A DNA stretch of 64,000 bases from positions 276 to 64,275 of the forward strand of contig JADFZS010000012.1 in the NCBI GenBank assembly GCA_015232405.1, read 5' to 3'. A program made the position numbers and the translations under genes. How positions within the stretch are numbered: position 1 is the first letter of the stretch; each line of letters begins with the position of its first letter. The notes beneath the pieces were generated by a model. It had not been told where the DNA came from, ran no database searches, and saw only the letters and a list, made by a program, of their open reading frames with translations. Below, piece after piece: positions 27,209-36,727 of the stretch. The DNA is from Magnetococcales bacterium. Its GTDB lineage: Bacteria; Pseudomonadota; Magnetococcia; Magnetococcales; JADFYX01.

Positions 27209-29269
27209 GTGGAAAATAGTTTAGAACAGGCTGTCTCTTTTCATAAAGCAGGACAGTTAAAAAAAGCTGGGATCTGTTACAAAAAAGTATTAGATAAGCA
27301 ACCAGATAATATTATAGCCCTTAGCAATTATGGGACAATATTATATGGGAATGGTAGGCTTGATGAGGCTGTTAACTGTTTTATAAAAGCCACTGAGGTC
27401 AAACCAGATTATGCAGATGCGCATTTTAACCTCGGGGCAATTTTAAAAGAACAGGAAAAGTGGGAAGGTGCAATTGCAAGTTTAAAGAGAGCAATTGCTA
27501 TAAAGCCAGACGTTATACAGGCATATTTCTATATTGCTACTATTCTAACCAAACAGGAAAATTTGCCCGAAGCAATAGGGTATTATAAAAAAACCATTGC
27601 TTTAAAACCAGACCATGTAGATGCTAACAACAACCTGGGAATTTTACTCCATAAACAAGGCAACCTCCCCGACGCTATTACCAGCTTTAAAAGAGCGTTA
27701 GCAATTCAACCAAATCATTTAGCAGTCCACAACAACCTTGGCAATACATATAAAGATCAAGGCAGTTTTGACCTTGCTGTTGCTAGTTTCAACAAAGCAA
27801 TAACCTTAAACCCCGCAATTTTTGAACTACATGTGAATTTAGGGAATGTTCTAACAATTCTTGGGCGAGTTGATGAAGCTGTTAAATGCTTTAAAAAAGC
27901 AATAACTATTAAACCTGATAACCCTGAACTATTTAATAACTTGGGAGCTGCATTAAAAGATCAAGGAAAGATAGAAGAGGCTATCTTAAATTTTAAAAAA
28001 GCAATCTCACTTCAAAAATATTATCCAGCTGCTCACTGTAACTTGATTTTTACAACAGACCTACTAACTGACTCTACTACCACAAAACTACAACAAATGC
28101 GCAGAGAGTGGGCAAAAAAATATGCCGATCCACTTATGGTGTTATGGACACCGTTCAATAATATTCCAGACCAAACAAGAAAACTAAAAATAGGTTATGT
28201 AGGAGCTGACTTTAGACGCCACTCAGCAGCTATGATATTTGGGCCTGTGATTTTCAATCATAATCCAGATAGATTTCAAATATACTGCTATGCTGGCAAC
28301 CTTGATAGCGATGATCTAACGGCTAAGTTTAAAAGATATGCCTATAAATGGCTGCAAACATCACACCTTGATGATGCACAATTGGCGGAGCAGATTAAAA
28401 ATGATGGCATTGACATCCTAATTGACCTAGCTGGACACACCCGTGGCAACCGTCTTCTAACCTTTGCAAGAAAACCTGCTCCTATACAGATAACTGCTTG
28501 GGGATATCCACTTGGCACAAGCATGAAAGCCATGGATTATATCTTTTCAGATCCGCTATCCATACCATACAATGATAGAGAGCAATATATTGAAACAATT
28601 ATTGATTTAAAATGTATTTTGCATCTAGACTCTGACAATTTTGTTAAATTTCCACCTGTAAACAAACTACCTGCTACAACAACTGGGACTGTAACTTTTG
28701 GAACCTTTAACAGATTAGAAAAAAATAGTAACGAGTCCTATTCTACCTGGGGAAAAATATTACAAAATATACCCAATTCAAAACTTCTGCTTAAAGCCCC
28801 ACAGCTTGACTCACTCCAACAAGTAGAAAAAATAAAAACAACGTTCAAAAAAATTGGTATAGCTGAAAGTCGAATTATTACCATGGGTAAAAGCTCACAA
28901 GAAGAGCACCTAGCAGCCCATCATCTCATAGATATCATGTTAGATCCATTCCCCCACAGTGGTGGAGTAACCACTTTAGAATCTTTAAAAATGGGTGTTC
29001 CTGTTCTTACCTGTATTGAAAAAAGCATTTTTTGTGATTCTGGAGGAATGTTGCAAATCATGGGTTTAGACAATTGGTGTGCAAAAGATGAGGTAGACTA
29101 TGTAAATCTAGCTAAAAAGTTTGCTGCTGATATAGATTCTTTAGCTCTACTTAGGGCAAATTTAAGGGAACGTTTTGAAAAATCTTTGGTAGGAAATTCA
29201 CCCCTGTATACAGCTCATATTGAAGAGATATATCGAAAACTATGGCAGGAGTGGTGCAATAAACAATAA
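27209..29269 (+). CDS. TPR-repeat protein with a C-terminal SPINDLY/O-GlcNAc-transferase-like glycosyltransferase domain
   Basis: 686 aa with a GTG start and about 8 canonical TPRs (...AIxxxKKAIxIKPD...). The C-terminus is KIGYVGADFRRHSAA...DILIDLAGHTRGNR...TFGTFNRLEK...LDPFPHSGGVTTLESLKMGVPVLT. Confidence 0.82.
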   Translation: MENSLEQAVSFHKAGQLKKAGICYKKVLDKQPDNIIALSNYGTILYGNGRLDEAVNCFIKATEVKPDYADAHFNLGAILKEQEKWEGAIASLKRAIAIKPDVIQAYFYIATILTKQENLPEAIGYYKKTIALKPDHVDANNNLGILLHKQGNLPDAITSFKRALAIQPNHLAVHNNLGNTYKDQGSFDLAVASFNKAITLNPAIFELHVNLGNVLTILGRVDEAVKCFKKAITIKPDNPELFNNLGAALKDQGKIEEAILNFKKAISLQKYYPAAHCNLIFTTDLLTDSTTTKLQQMRREWAKKYADPLMVLWTPFNNIPDQTRKLKIGYVGADFRRHSAAMIFGPVIFNHNPDRFQIYCYAGNLDSDDLTAKFKRYAYKWLQTSHLDDAQLAEQIKNDGIDILIDLAGHTRGNRLLTFARKPAPIQITAWGYPLGTSMKAMDYIFSDPLSIPYNDREQYIETIIDLKCILHLDSDNFVKFPPVNKLPATTTGTVTFGTFNRLEKNSNESYSTWGKILQNIPNSKLLLKAPQLDSLQQVEKIKTTFKKIGIAESRIITMGKSSQEEHLAAHHLIDIMLDPFPHSGGVTTLESLKMGVPVLTCIEKSIFCDSGGMLQIMGLDNWCAKDEVDYVNLAKKFAADIDSLALLRANLRERFEKSLVGNSPLYTAHIEEIYRKLWQEWCNKQ

Positions 29270-29280
29270 GATATCTCAGC

Positions 29281-29907
29281 TTAATCCAACCCCCCAACAT
29301 GCCAGAAAAGCAGTCGTGGAATTGGGGTGTCCCCAACATAATCAATACGTACCCGGGAAAGGGCAGCAAATGGTATTAACAATCGGGATAGATTTTCAAG
29401 TGGTATACCCAACAACATCCCGATAGTTACCCGAATTACCCCACTATGGGCAACTAACAGAATATGTTCACCTTCTGAATTATTGAGCATTTTCTGCCAT
29501 GCATTGGCAATTCGGTTGTGCACGTCTATTATTGGCTCCCCTTGTGGTGGAGTATGGTCCCTTGGGTTGCGCCAAAAATTTTGCACATGTTCGCTATACA
29601 GCTCATCATTAAGAAGTTCTTGTCTGGTTTTGCCCTCCCAAAGTCCAAAATTCATCTCACGGAAATCCTGTTCTATCTCAACAGGTATAGATAAGGTATC
29701 CCCAGTTTTTACGGCAAATTGTGAACAACGTTTTAAGGGTGATGTAACAATCTTTTGCCAGGGGGCTTGATACTCGTCAATGGTTTTTTGCATCTGTTGC
29801 CAACCAAGATCAGATAGAGGATCATCCAATGTTCCTCTATATTTTGAGCCACCTTGGGGTTCTCCATGACGAAGAAAATCTATGGTTGTCGTTGCGCGTT
29901 CGTTCAT
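29281..29907 (-). CDS. histidine phosphatase family protein (phosphoglycerate mutase/alpha-ribazole phosphatase-like)
   Basis: 208 aa with IDFLRHGEPQGG, PLSDLGWQQM and LLVAHSGVIR. The start overlaps the upstream stop by 1 nt (TAATG). Confidence 0.82.
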   Translation of the reverse strand: MNERATTTIDFLRHGEPQGGSKYRGTLDDPLSDLGWQQMQKTIDEYQAPWQKIVTSPLKRCSQFAVKTGDTLSIPVEIEQDFREMNFGLWEGKTRQELLNDELYSEHVQNFWRNPRDHTPPQGEPIIDVHNRIANAWQKMLNNSEGEHILLVAHSGVIRVTIGMLLGIPLENLSRLLIPFAALSRVRIDYVGDTPIPRLLFWHVGGLD

Positions 29908-31562
29908 TATTTTATGTATGCTGTGACAAATGAGTCTCGTTTGAACTTGTTGCTAAACTCTTTTTGAGCCTTGCGAGCCAGATTTTTATTTTTATAGTTA
30001 CCAAATCGGACCAAGTAAAGAGTCTTGCCACTTTTTTTATCTACACGTTGTTGAATAAACAGCTCTCCACCCTTTTTATTAAGACCATCTCTTACCAAGA
30101 CTGCCTCTTTTTCATTATGTAATGCAGCTATTTGTATGGTCCAGCGAGGTTGATTGTTTTCTATAGGAAATAGAGTATCAATTTGATTCACAATTTGTGG
30201 TGATGACTCCTCATCATGAGCCATGGGGTGTGGTACACCCTCTTCCCTGTCTAGAATAAGATCAAACCCATCACCCTGTGGTGTTAGCCTACCTAGTACT
30301 TGCAGAAGTTCAAACATAGCTAGGTTAACAGCAAACTGGCTTTTGACCTGCTCTATCTGGGCGGAAAAGAGTTCATTTTGAGCATCAAGTAGATCCAAAG
30401 ATGTTCTAGAGCCAACCTGATACTCCTGGTCTACACCATCCTTTGCCTCTTGTGCAGCAGTTACTGCAGTTTTTAAAGCAAGATCAGTAGCTTTAGCACT
30501 ATCAATTTTTGCTAAAACCTGTTTCAACTCTCGCTCAGCCTGTATACGTAATAGATCTAGATCGGCCTGTTTATTATCCCGGTTGGATTGTGCCTGTTTA
30601 ACTTGTGCGGTGGTTAAACCACCTGAATATAGCGGTAGTGATGCGGCAACTGTGACAGTAAAAGCATCTGTAGAATTGTCGGTTAGTGATGTAGCAGGAT
30701 TCCATGTTCTAGAACCACTTGCTTTTAGAGATACTGTTGGATAGTGACCAGCTTTTGTTACCTCTACCAGCTTCTTCTCCCCTTGTAATCTATATTGAGC
30801 AGATAGTATATCAGGGCGAGTTTTAACAAGTGGTATTAGCTTATCAAGATCTAAAGTTGGTAGATCAGATAGCACAATGGGAATTTGCAATCCTGTTGGA
30901 AAAGGAATTCCAGCAATTTCCTGGAATTTAGCAGCAAGAATTAAGCTATCCCCATTCTGACGTATCCAGGCAGCTTTTGCTATGGCAACCCTGGAAATAG
31001 CTTGGCTAACATCTGTTTTTGTAACCTCTCCTACAGAAAACCTTGCCTTGGTCGCCTCCAAATGGTGTTCGGTTACTTCTAGATTATTTTTTGCTAACCT
31101 TGCTACCTCTTTAGACTCAATAAGGGCAGTTGCTGCCTGTATCAGAGAAAAATAGACCTGCTGTCTCACACCTTCTAAATCAAGTTCCAATGATCTTACT
31201 TGAGGGTCAACCCGATCCATTTCTCGAATAGCAGAAAGGTTATAGAGTGTCTGGCTTGCAGAAAGAGTTAAAGAGTGTGGGTCATAGTTACTACTACCAT
31301 CCCGCCAGTCACTATTTGTATATGATGACTGCCAATCCAATGAGACAGTTGGAAGAACAACTGCTTTAGCTTGGGCATATAGGGTCATGGCAGCTGCAAG
31401 TCGAGCTTCAGACTGCTTTATAAGGTTGTTGGAAGCCAAAGCTTCTTGTACTGATATGTAGAACAGTGCTAACGGTTTTTCGTTAGTTGCATGCGTCACA
31501 CCTGAATACAGAACAAAAAGGCCAGCTAAACCCCATATTTTAAGCATTTTTTTAATGGACAT
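29907..31562 (-). CDS. TolC-family outer-membrane channel fused to a C-terminal SPOR domain
   Basis: It has two TolC repeat halves (SLDWQSSYTNS..., LKASGSRTWNP...). The C-terminal ~80 aa, RWTIQIAALHNEKEAVLVRDGL...LYLVRFGNYKNKNLARKAQKEF, has the SPOR pattern. The ATG at 31562 gives the signal peptide MSIKKMLKIWGLAGLFVLYSGVTHA. Confidence 0.82.
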   Translation of the reverse strand: MSIKKMLKIWGLAGLFVLYSGVTHATNEKPLALFYISVQEALASNNLIKQSEARLAAAMTLYAQAKAVVLPTVSLDWQSSYTNSDWRDGSSNYDPHSLTLSASQTLYNLSAIREMDRVDPQVRSLELDLEGVRQQVYFSLIQAATALIESKEVARLAKNNLEVTEHHLEATKARFSVGEVTKTDVSQAISRVAIAKAAWIRQNGDSLILAAKFQEIAGIPFPTGLQIPIVLSDLPTLDLDKLIPLVKTRPDILSAQYRLQGEKKLVEVTKAGHYPTVSLKASGSRTWNPATSLTDNSTDAFTVTVAASLPLYSGGLTTAQVKQAQSNRDNKQADLDLLRIQAERELKQVLAKIDSAKATDLALKTAVTAAQEAKDGVDQEYQVGSRTSLDLLDAQNELFSAQIEQVKSQFAVNLAMFELLQVLGRLTPQGDGFDLILDREEGVPHPMAHDEESSPQIVNQIDTLFPIENNQPRWTIQIAALHNEKEAVLVRDGLNKKGGELFIQQRVDKKSGKTLYLVRFGNYKNKNLARKAQKEFSNKFKRDSFVTAYIK

Positions 31563-31873
31563 TTTGATAAACCTGTGTAATTCAATAATTTTTATTAACC
31601 ATGCAATCATATCACATCATTTCGACAAAAGAAATCTATCGTAAGATAATGAGACAAACCTTGCGAAGTAAAAATAAAAAATAGTACAACAATCTTGCTA
31701 AAGAAGGTTTATGTGAATAACAAGTCAGTTAGTTCACATTTATGATTACTTAGGAAGATATTCCACACTTATTGATAAGCGACCCTTTCAATAAGTTCCT
31801 CATATTATGCATATTATAAATTTCAGATAATTTTTTAAAAAATTAATTCACTATTTATGGTTAATGAATAACA

Positions 31874-32845
31874 ATGTCTACAAGCCAATCTTTGCACCAA
31901 CTTTTTAATAATGTAAGCAGTAAAATTATAGGGCAGGAGATACTTGTAAAGAGGTTGTTGATTGCTCTGTTAGCAGATGGACATCTTCTGGTTGAGGGAG
32001 CACCTGGCTTGGCAAAAACTAGGGCTATCAAGGTGTTAAGCAGTTGCATTGATGGTGATTTTCAACGTATTCAATTCACCCCTGACCTACTACCTGCGGA
32101 CTTAACTGGTACAGATATTTTCCGCCCACAAGAGGGAACATTCAAATTTCAACCTGGCCCACTGTTTCACAATCTTATTTTGGCAGATGAAATAAATCGT
32201 GCTCCTGCCAAGGTACAATCAGCCCTTTTAGAAGCTATGGGTGAGCGGCAGATAACTGTCGGCTCCACAACATACCATCTTCCTGACATGTTTCTAGTGA
32301 TGGCAACCCAAAACCCTATTGAACAGGAGGGAACACATCCCTTACCAGAGGCCCAATTAGATCGATTTTTAATGTTAATTCGTATCGACTATCCCAACTA
32401 TGAAAGTGAAAGACAAATATTGCAACTAGTTAGAAAAGAGGTTCTAACAAATAGAGATGATTATACCCCTGCCGAAGAAGAGGCAATTGACAAAGAGACC
32501 ATATTTGCTGCACGACAAGAAGTTTTAGACCTCCATATGAGTGAAAACCTTGAGACCTATCTAATACAGATAATAATGGCTACCAGAGAGCCAAATGTAC
32601 TTGGTGGAAAATACAGTAATATAATCCAATATGGAGCAAGTCCTAGAGCAACAATAGCTCTGGATCGCTGTGCCAGAGCAAATGCTTGGCTAGAAGGGAG
32701 AGATTTTGTAACCCCGGAAGATATTCAATCTTTAGCATATGATGTACTAAGACACAGAATTTTATTAACTTTTGAAGCTGAGGCAGAAGGCATAACAACA
32801 GATCATTTGATCAGCAAACTTTTAGCAGCAGTTCCAGTACCGTGA
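31874..32845 (+). CDS. MoxR-family AAA+ ATPase
   Basis: 323 aa with LLVEGAPGLAKT (Walker A), LILADEINRAPAKVQSALLEAM and VMATQNPIEQEGTHPLPEAQLDRF. Confidence 0.92.
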   Translation: MSTSQSLHQLFNNVSSKIIGQEILVKRLLIALLADGHLLVEGAPGLAKTRAIKVLSSCIDGDFQRIQFTPDLLPADLTGTDIFRPQEGTFKFQPGPLFHNLILADEINRAPAKVQSALLEAMGERQITVGSTTYHLPDMFLVMATQNPIEQEGTHPLPEAQLDRFLMLIRIDYPNYESERQILQLVRKEVLTNRDDYTPAEEEAIDKETIFAARQEVLDLHMSENLETYLIQIIMATREPNVLGGKYSNIIQYGASPRATIALDRCARANAWLEGRDFVTPEDIQSLAYDVLRHRILLTFEAEAEGITTDHLISKLLAAVPVP

Positions 32846-33810
32846 GTATTAGCAGTCGATTTTTAAGTGGAAAAAGGTCAAGCACCACTCCCTTTAAAGA
32901 TAGTGCAGTATCCGTACATGCCAAGGAATTAATTGCTCTACATCAAGAGGCTAAAGGGGTTAAGTTAAAGCCAACACGAATACGCTCTACAATGAGCGGG
33001 CAATATATTTCACCATACATAGGTAGAGGTATGACCTTTGCTGAAAGTCGCCCATATCAAAGTGGTGATGATGCAAGACATATGGATTGGCGAGTGACAG
33101 CACGTACTGGCAAAGCATATACCAAACTATTCCAAGAAGAGCGGGAACGTTCAATATTTATCTTTGTAGATTTTCGTTCTCCCATGTTTTTTGCTACCAA
33201 AGGTCGCTTTAAATCGGTACAGGCAGCAAGAACTGCTGCATGGGTTGCTTGGGCAGCAAGGAATAATAACGACCGTATTGGTGGGTTGATATTCTCAGAG
33301 CAGCAGCATTGGGAGTTGCGCCCAAAAACTGGAGACAAATCAGTATTACGGCTAATCCATACCCTAAGCAGTGCCGCGAGTTTCAGTTTTAATGGTGGAA
33401 AAGATAGAACCACTAATGGTGAAATTCCTTTAACCCAATCTCTGGTACGTCTAAGACGTGTGGTAAAACCGGGCAGCCAATTATTTCTCTTGAGCGATTT
33501 TCGCAATCTTGACCACACCGGTGAGGCCCACTTAAAACAACTCGCCAAACACAATGAGATTGTAATAGTTTTTTACTATGATCCTTTGGAGAGATCACTC
33601 CCCAAACCAGGTCTATATCCAGTAGATTTTGGTAGGGGGATACAGACTCTCAACACCAGAAACACCAAAAGTAGAGACCATTACCAGTCGCAATTTAATC
33701 ATCGGCAAGAACATCTAATGGAGCTATGCCGAAAGCTGAACGGGTATTTTTTAACTATCTCTACAACAGATGATGCTATAACTACTCTTAAAACAGCTTT
33801 TCAGAGTTAG
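32842..33810 (+). CDS. DUF58 (VWA-like) protein, MoxR partner
   Basis: GTGA overlap with the MoxR stop. It contains GRGMTFAESRPYQSGDDARHMDWRVTARTGKAYTKLFQEERE, the DUF58 signature. Confidence 0.82.
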   Translation: MSISSRFLSGKRSSTTPFKDSAVSVHAKELIALHQEAKGVKLKPTRIRSTMSGQYISPYIGRGMTFAESRPYQSGDDARHMDWRVTARTGKAYTKLFQEERERSIFIFVDFRSPMFFATKGRFKSVQAARTAAWVAWAARNNNDRIGGLIFSEQQHWELRPKTGDKSVLRLIHTLSSAASFSFNGGKDRTTNGEIPLTQSLVRLRRVVKPGSQLFLLSDFRNLDHTGEAHLKQLAKHNEIVIVFYYDPLERSLPKPGLYPVDFGRGIQTLNTRNTKSRDHYQSQFNHRQEHLMELCRKLNGYFLTISTTDDAITTLKTAFQS

Positions 33811-33820
33811 CCAGATAGTC

Positions 33821-34330
33821 ATGAACCAAACTAATACCCCACCCCTACCACTCCATGATATTCACCTACCACAAGGGATATCTTGGTGGCCACTTGCACC
33901 TGGTTGGTGGTACTTGTTGGGGTTGATAATAACTCTATCTGGTTTAGTTTATCTGTTGAGAAGTTGGCATAGAAAAGGAGCTTTAAGGAGAGAAGCATTA
34001 AAAAATCTAGTTAAAATTGAAGAGAGTTACAAGCAGACTGGTGACCATGCAATACTAGCACAGGATATATCAGTGCTTTTACGTCGTATCGCCATTTCAA
34101 ACCAAAACAAAACCCTTACAGCAGGTTTAACTGGTGAGAAATGGCTACAATTTTTGGATGCTAATAATCCCATAATTGATGCTAAAAGTAACAATAGTTT
34201 CCAAAATGGAGTGGGAAAAATTCTCATTACCGCCCCATATATGCAACATGTTGATAGGCAAGAGGTAGAAAATCTGCTGGAGCTGTGTAGATTGTGGATA
34301 AAAAAGAGCCGTTTAACACCTGTAAAATAA
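33821..34330 (+). CDS. DUF4381-like membrane protein
   Basis: 169 aa with LHDIHLPQGISWWPLAPGWWYLLGLIITL, the hallmark N-terminus of DUF4381 in Bat/MoxR operons. Confidence 0.68.
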   Translation: MNQTNTPPLPLHDIHLPQGISWWPLAPGWWYLLGLIITLSGLVYLLRSWHRKGALRREALKNLVKIEESYKQTGDHAILAQDISVLLRRIAISNQNKTLTAGLTGEKWLQFLDANNPIIDAKSNNSFQNGVGKILITAPYMQHVDRQEVENLLELCRLWIKKSRLTPVK

Positions 34331-34563
34331 CAGAACACTCAACCTACAAAACCAACATTGTTAATAACTTGTTTAAAATTTTAAACTAAACACAAACATG
34401 AATCCATTCATAATAATCCTAAATCAAAACCATCCAAAGCTATAAAAGAGTGATAGCACATAAAAATTTAGAATTCATCGGTGACCTTGTCAAATTTAAT
34501 CAATCTTTGCTAACCTTCATAAAATAAAATGTTATCTGCCTCTTAAATATGGGACCAGTAAAT

Positions 34564-36543
34564 ATGAGAATTCTCATAGTTATGCCAAGATTTTCCAACA
34601 GTGTGTTGCAATCATATGAGATTCCACTTGGTATTCTTTATATCTCCTCAGCATTAAAGAGTGCAGGAAAAGAAGTTCACACTCTTAACCTTAACTGTTT
34701 AGAAGGTACTGTTGAAGATGAGATTGCCAAAGCAATAAAAGAGGTTGATCCAGATGTGTGCGCTAGTGGTGGCCTTTCAGATAATTTTCAGATTGTTCAG
34801 TCCGTATTTGTAAATGCCCGTAAATATAAGCCAGAAATTATTAATATTGCTGGTGGTGGTTTGGTGAGTGCAGATCCGGAGATGGCAGCAAAACTATGTG
34901 ATTTTGACATAGGGGTTAGAGGAGAAGGAGAGCTGGCAATTGTTGAAGTTATTGATGCTTTAAGCAACAATTTGCCACTTCAAGATGTTACAGGTTTGGT
35001 TATAAAAAGAGATAAGGAGCCTCCTCTACTTACTCAAGCTAGAAAAGTCAACTTTGATATTAGCACCCTACCTTGGCCAGATTATGAAGGGTTCAATATG
35101 GACAAGTTATTGGAAATACAGATTCCACAAAACTTGTATATATTTCACCCATATGACAACCCAAGATCCATCCCAATGATAACAAGCCGTTCATGCCCAC
35201 TACAATGTACGTTCTGCTACCACCCAACTGGGCAAGTTTATAGAGAGAGAGATTTTGATGATTTTTTTGCTGAATTAGACCATCTAATTGCAACTTATAA
35301 CATCAATTTAATTTCTATTTCTGATGACCTTTTATCCCTAAAAAAAAGGCGGATGATAGAGTTTTGTGAACGCATAAAACCTTATAACCTAAAATGGGAA
35401 TGCCAGATACATGAAAAATCAGTTGATATAGAGACCCTCAATTTACTTAAAGAGGCAGGATGTTTCGCAATTAGTATCGGTATTGAAAGTATGAGTGAAC
35501 CGATATTAAATAGTATGAAAAAACGTACTTCACCAGAAAAACTGGCTAAAGCACTAAAGCTCATTTATTCCTCAGATTTACTCATTCAGGGCAATATTTT
35601 ATTGGGTGATCCAGCAGATACATTAGAAACAATAGCTGAATCCTTCAATTTTATGGTCCAACACCCTGAATATGGAATAAACTACTCTAGACTAAGAGTT
35701 CTTCCAGGTAGTGAGATTTATAAAAATGCGGAACAAAAAGGACTATTTGGGGATCAAGGTGTAGTATTTGCCAACCCAGAAATACAGGTAAATCTAACCC
35801 ATATGACCAATGAGGTGTTTAACTCATTGTGTATGCGCTTTAACTTTTATACAAAAACACTCATATATAAGGGATCTGTATTATCAATTGACTTAGAAAA
35901 AGAAGCTCATCCAATCTTTGGTAAGGGAAAAACCTGCCAATGGCTCTGTCCTAAATGCAATAAAATTAGCAAGTATGGTAGTATTTTTATAGATAAGGGT
36001 AATATTCGTCTCTCTTGTCGACACTGTTATGCTTTGGCCTATATACACATTTGGAGCTTTAACCCACCTTTAAGCAACCCTAAGGAAGATATACAGCTAG
36101 CTATTGCGCAAAAACATGAAGAGATCTATTTGCACAACAATTCAACCCAAGCAAAACAGAACGCAGCTATTGAGTATCATAAGCTACTAACAAACCACTG
36201 TTTACCGCCTAATAATACCAATAAATCTTGGGCTTGTGACAAAGCTGCTTTAAAACTAGGTCAATTTAAGCTTGAAAATGGAGAACAAGAAGAAGCAATG
36301 CAACTGATAATGTATGCATTGGAAAATAATGTCTGGAATCCTGATAGCCATGCTACTTTTGCAATAGCACTAAAAAAGGAGGGAAGTCTTGGGGCAGCTT
36401 TACTTTATTTAGATAAGGCGATAGAGCTAAGCAATGACCCACCGCAATCTTGGATCAATTCTCGCGAAGAATTGGATAGTTTGATTGATGAAAAAGGGTT
36501 AAGGAATAACAATTCAGTACTATATTTCAACTCATTTTATTGA
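34564..36543 (+). CDS. B12-binding-domain radical SAM protein with a C-terminal Zn-ribbon and TPR-like tail (paralog 1)
   Basis: The N-terminal MRILIVMPR...LGILYISSAL is B12-binding-like. SRSCPLQCTFC is the CX3CX2C motif. It also has CPKC...CRHC and a helical-repeat C-terminus. The alternative start at 34549 adds 5 aa. Confidence 0.85.
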   Translation: MRILIVMPRFSNSVLQSYEIPLGILYISSALKSAGKEVHTLNLNCLEGTVEDEIAKAIKEVDPDVCASGGLSDNFQIVQSVFVNARKYKPEIINIAGGGLVSADPEMAAKLCDFDIGVRGEGELAIVEVIDALSNNLPLQDVTGLVIKRDKEPPLLTQARKVNFDISTLPWPDYEGFNMDKLLEIQIPQNLYIFHPYDNPRSIPMITSRSCPLQCTFCYHPTGQVYRERDFDDFFAELDHLIATYNINLISISDDLLSLKKRRMIEFCERIKPYNLKWECQIHEKSVDIETLNLLKEAGCFAISIGIESMSEPILNSMKKRTSPEKLAKALKLIYSSDLLIQGNILLGDPADTLETIAESFNFMVQHPEYGINYSRLRVLPGSEIYKNAEQKGLFGDQGVVFANPEIQVNLTHMTNEVFNSLCMRFNFYTKTLIYKGSVLSIDLEKEAHPIFGKGKTCQWLCPKCNKISKYGSIFIDKGNIRLSCRHCYALAYIHIWSFNPPLSNPKEDIQLAIAQKHEEIYLHNNSTQAKQNAAIEYHKLLTNHCLPPNNTNKSWACDKAALKLGQFKLENGEQEEAMQLIMYALENNVWNPDSHATFAIALKKEGSLGAALLYLDKAIELSNDPPQSWINSREELDSLIDEKGLRNNNSVLYFNSFY

Positions 36544-36727
36544 TTTTCATACTTTATTGACAGTAATAACTGGAAAACATTGTTCAATAAACCTTACATA
36601 TTTATTAAGAACAAATGATCCCTATAAACATAACGAGTTACAAAGGTGAACTTGTTAATTTAATGAAACTTTGTTAGTTTCTACTAGGAATAATGACCCT
36701 CGCCATTTTGATTCAGGACCAAATAAT

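Noticed and set aside
31711-31739. ATGTGAA-15 nt-TTCACAT inverted repeat upstream of moxR, considered as a CRP/cNMP-regulator site.
   Set aside because: CRP-type sites have TGTGA-N6-TCACA. The 17-nt gap between the pentamers here does not fit, so I make no CRP call.
36624-36686. A 20-aa ORF (MIPINITSYKGELVNLMKLC) between the two rSAM genes, considered as a possible precursor peptide.
   Set aside because: The homologous block upstream of paralog 1 has in-frame stops, so the conservation is at DNA (promoter-like) level, not coding level.
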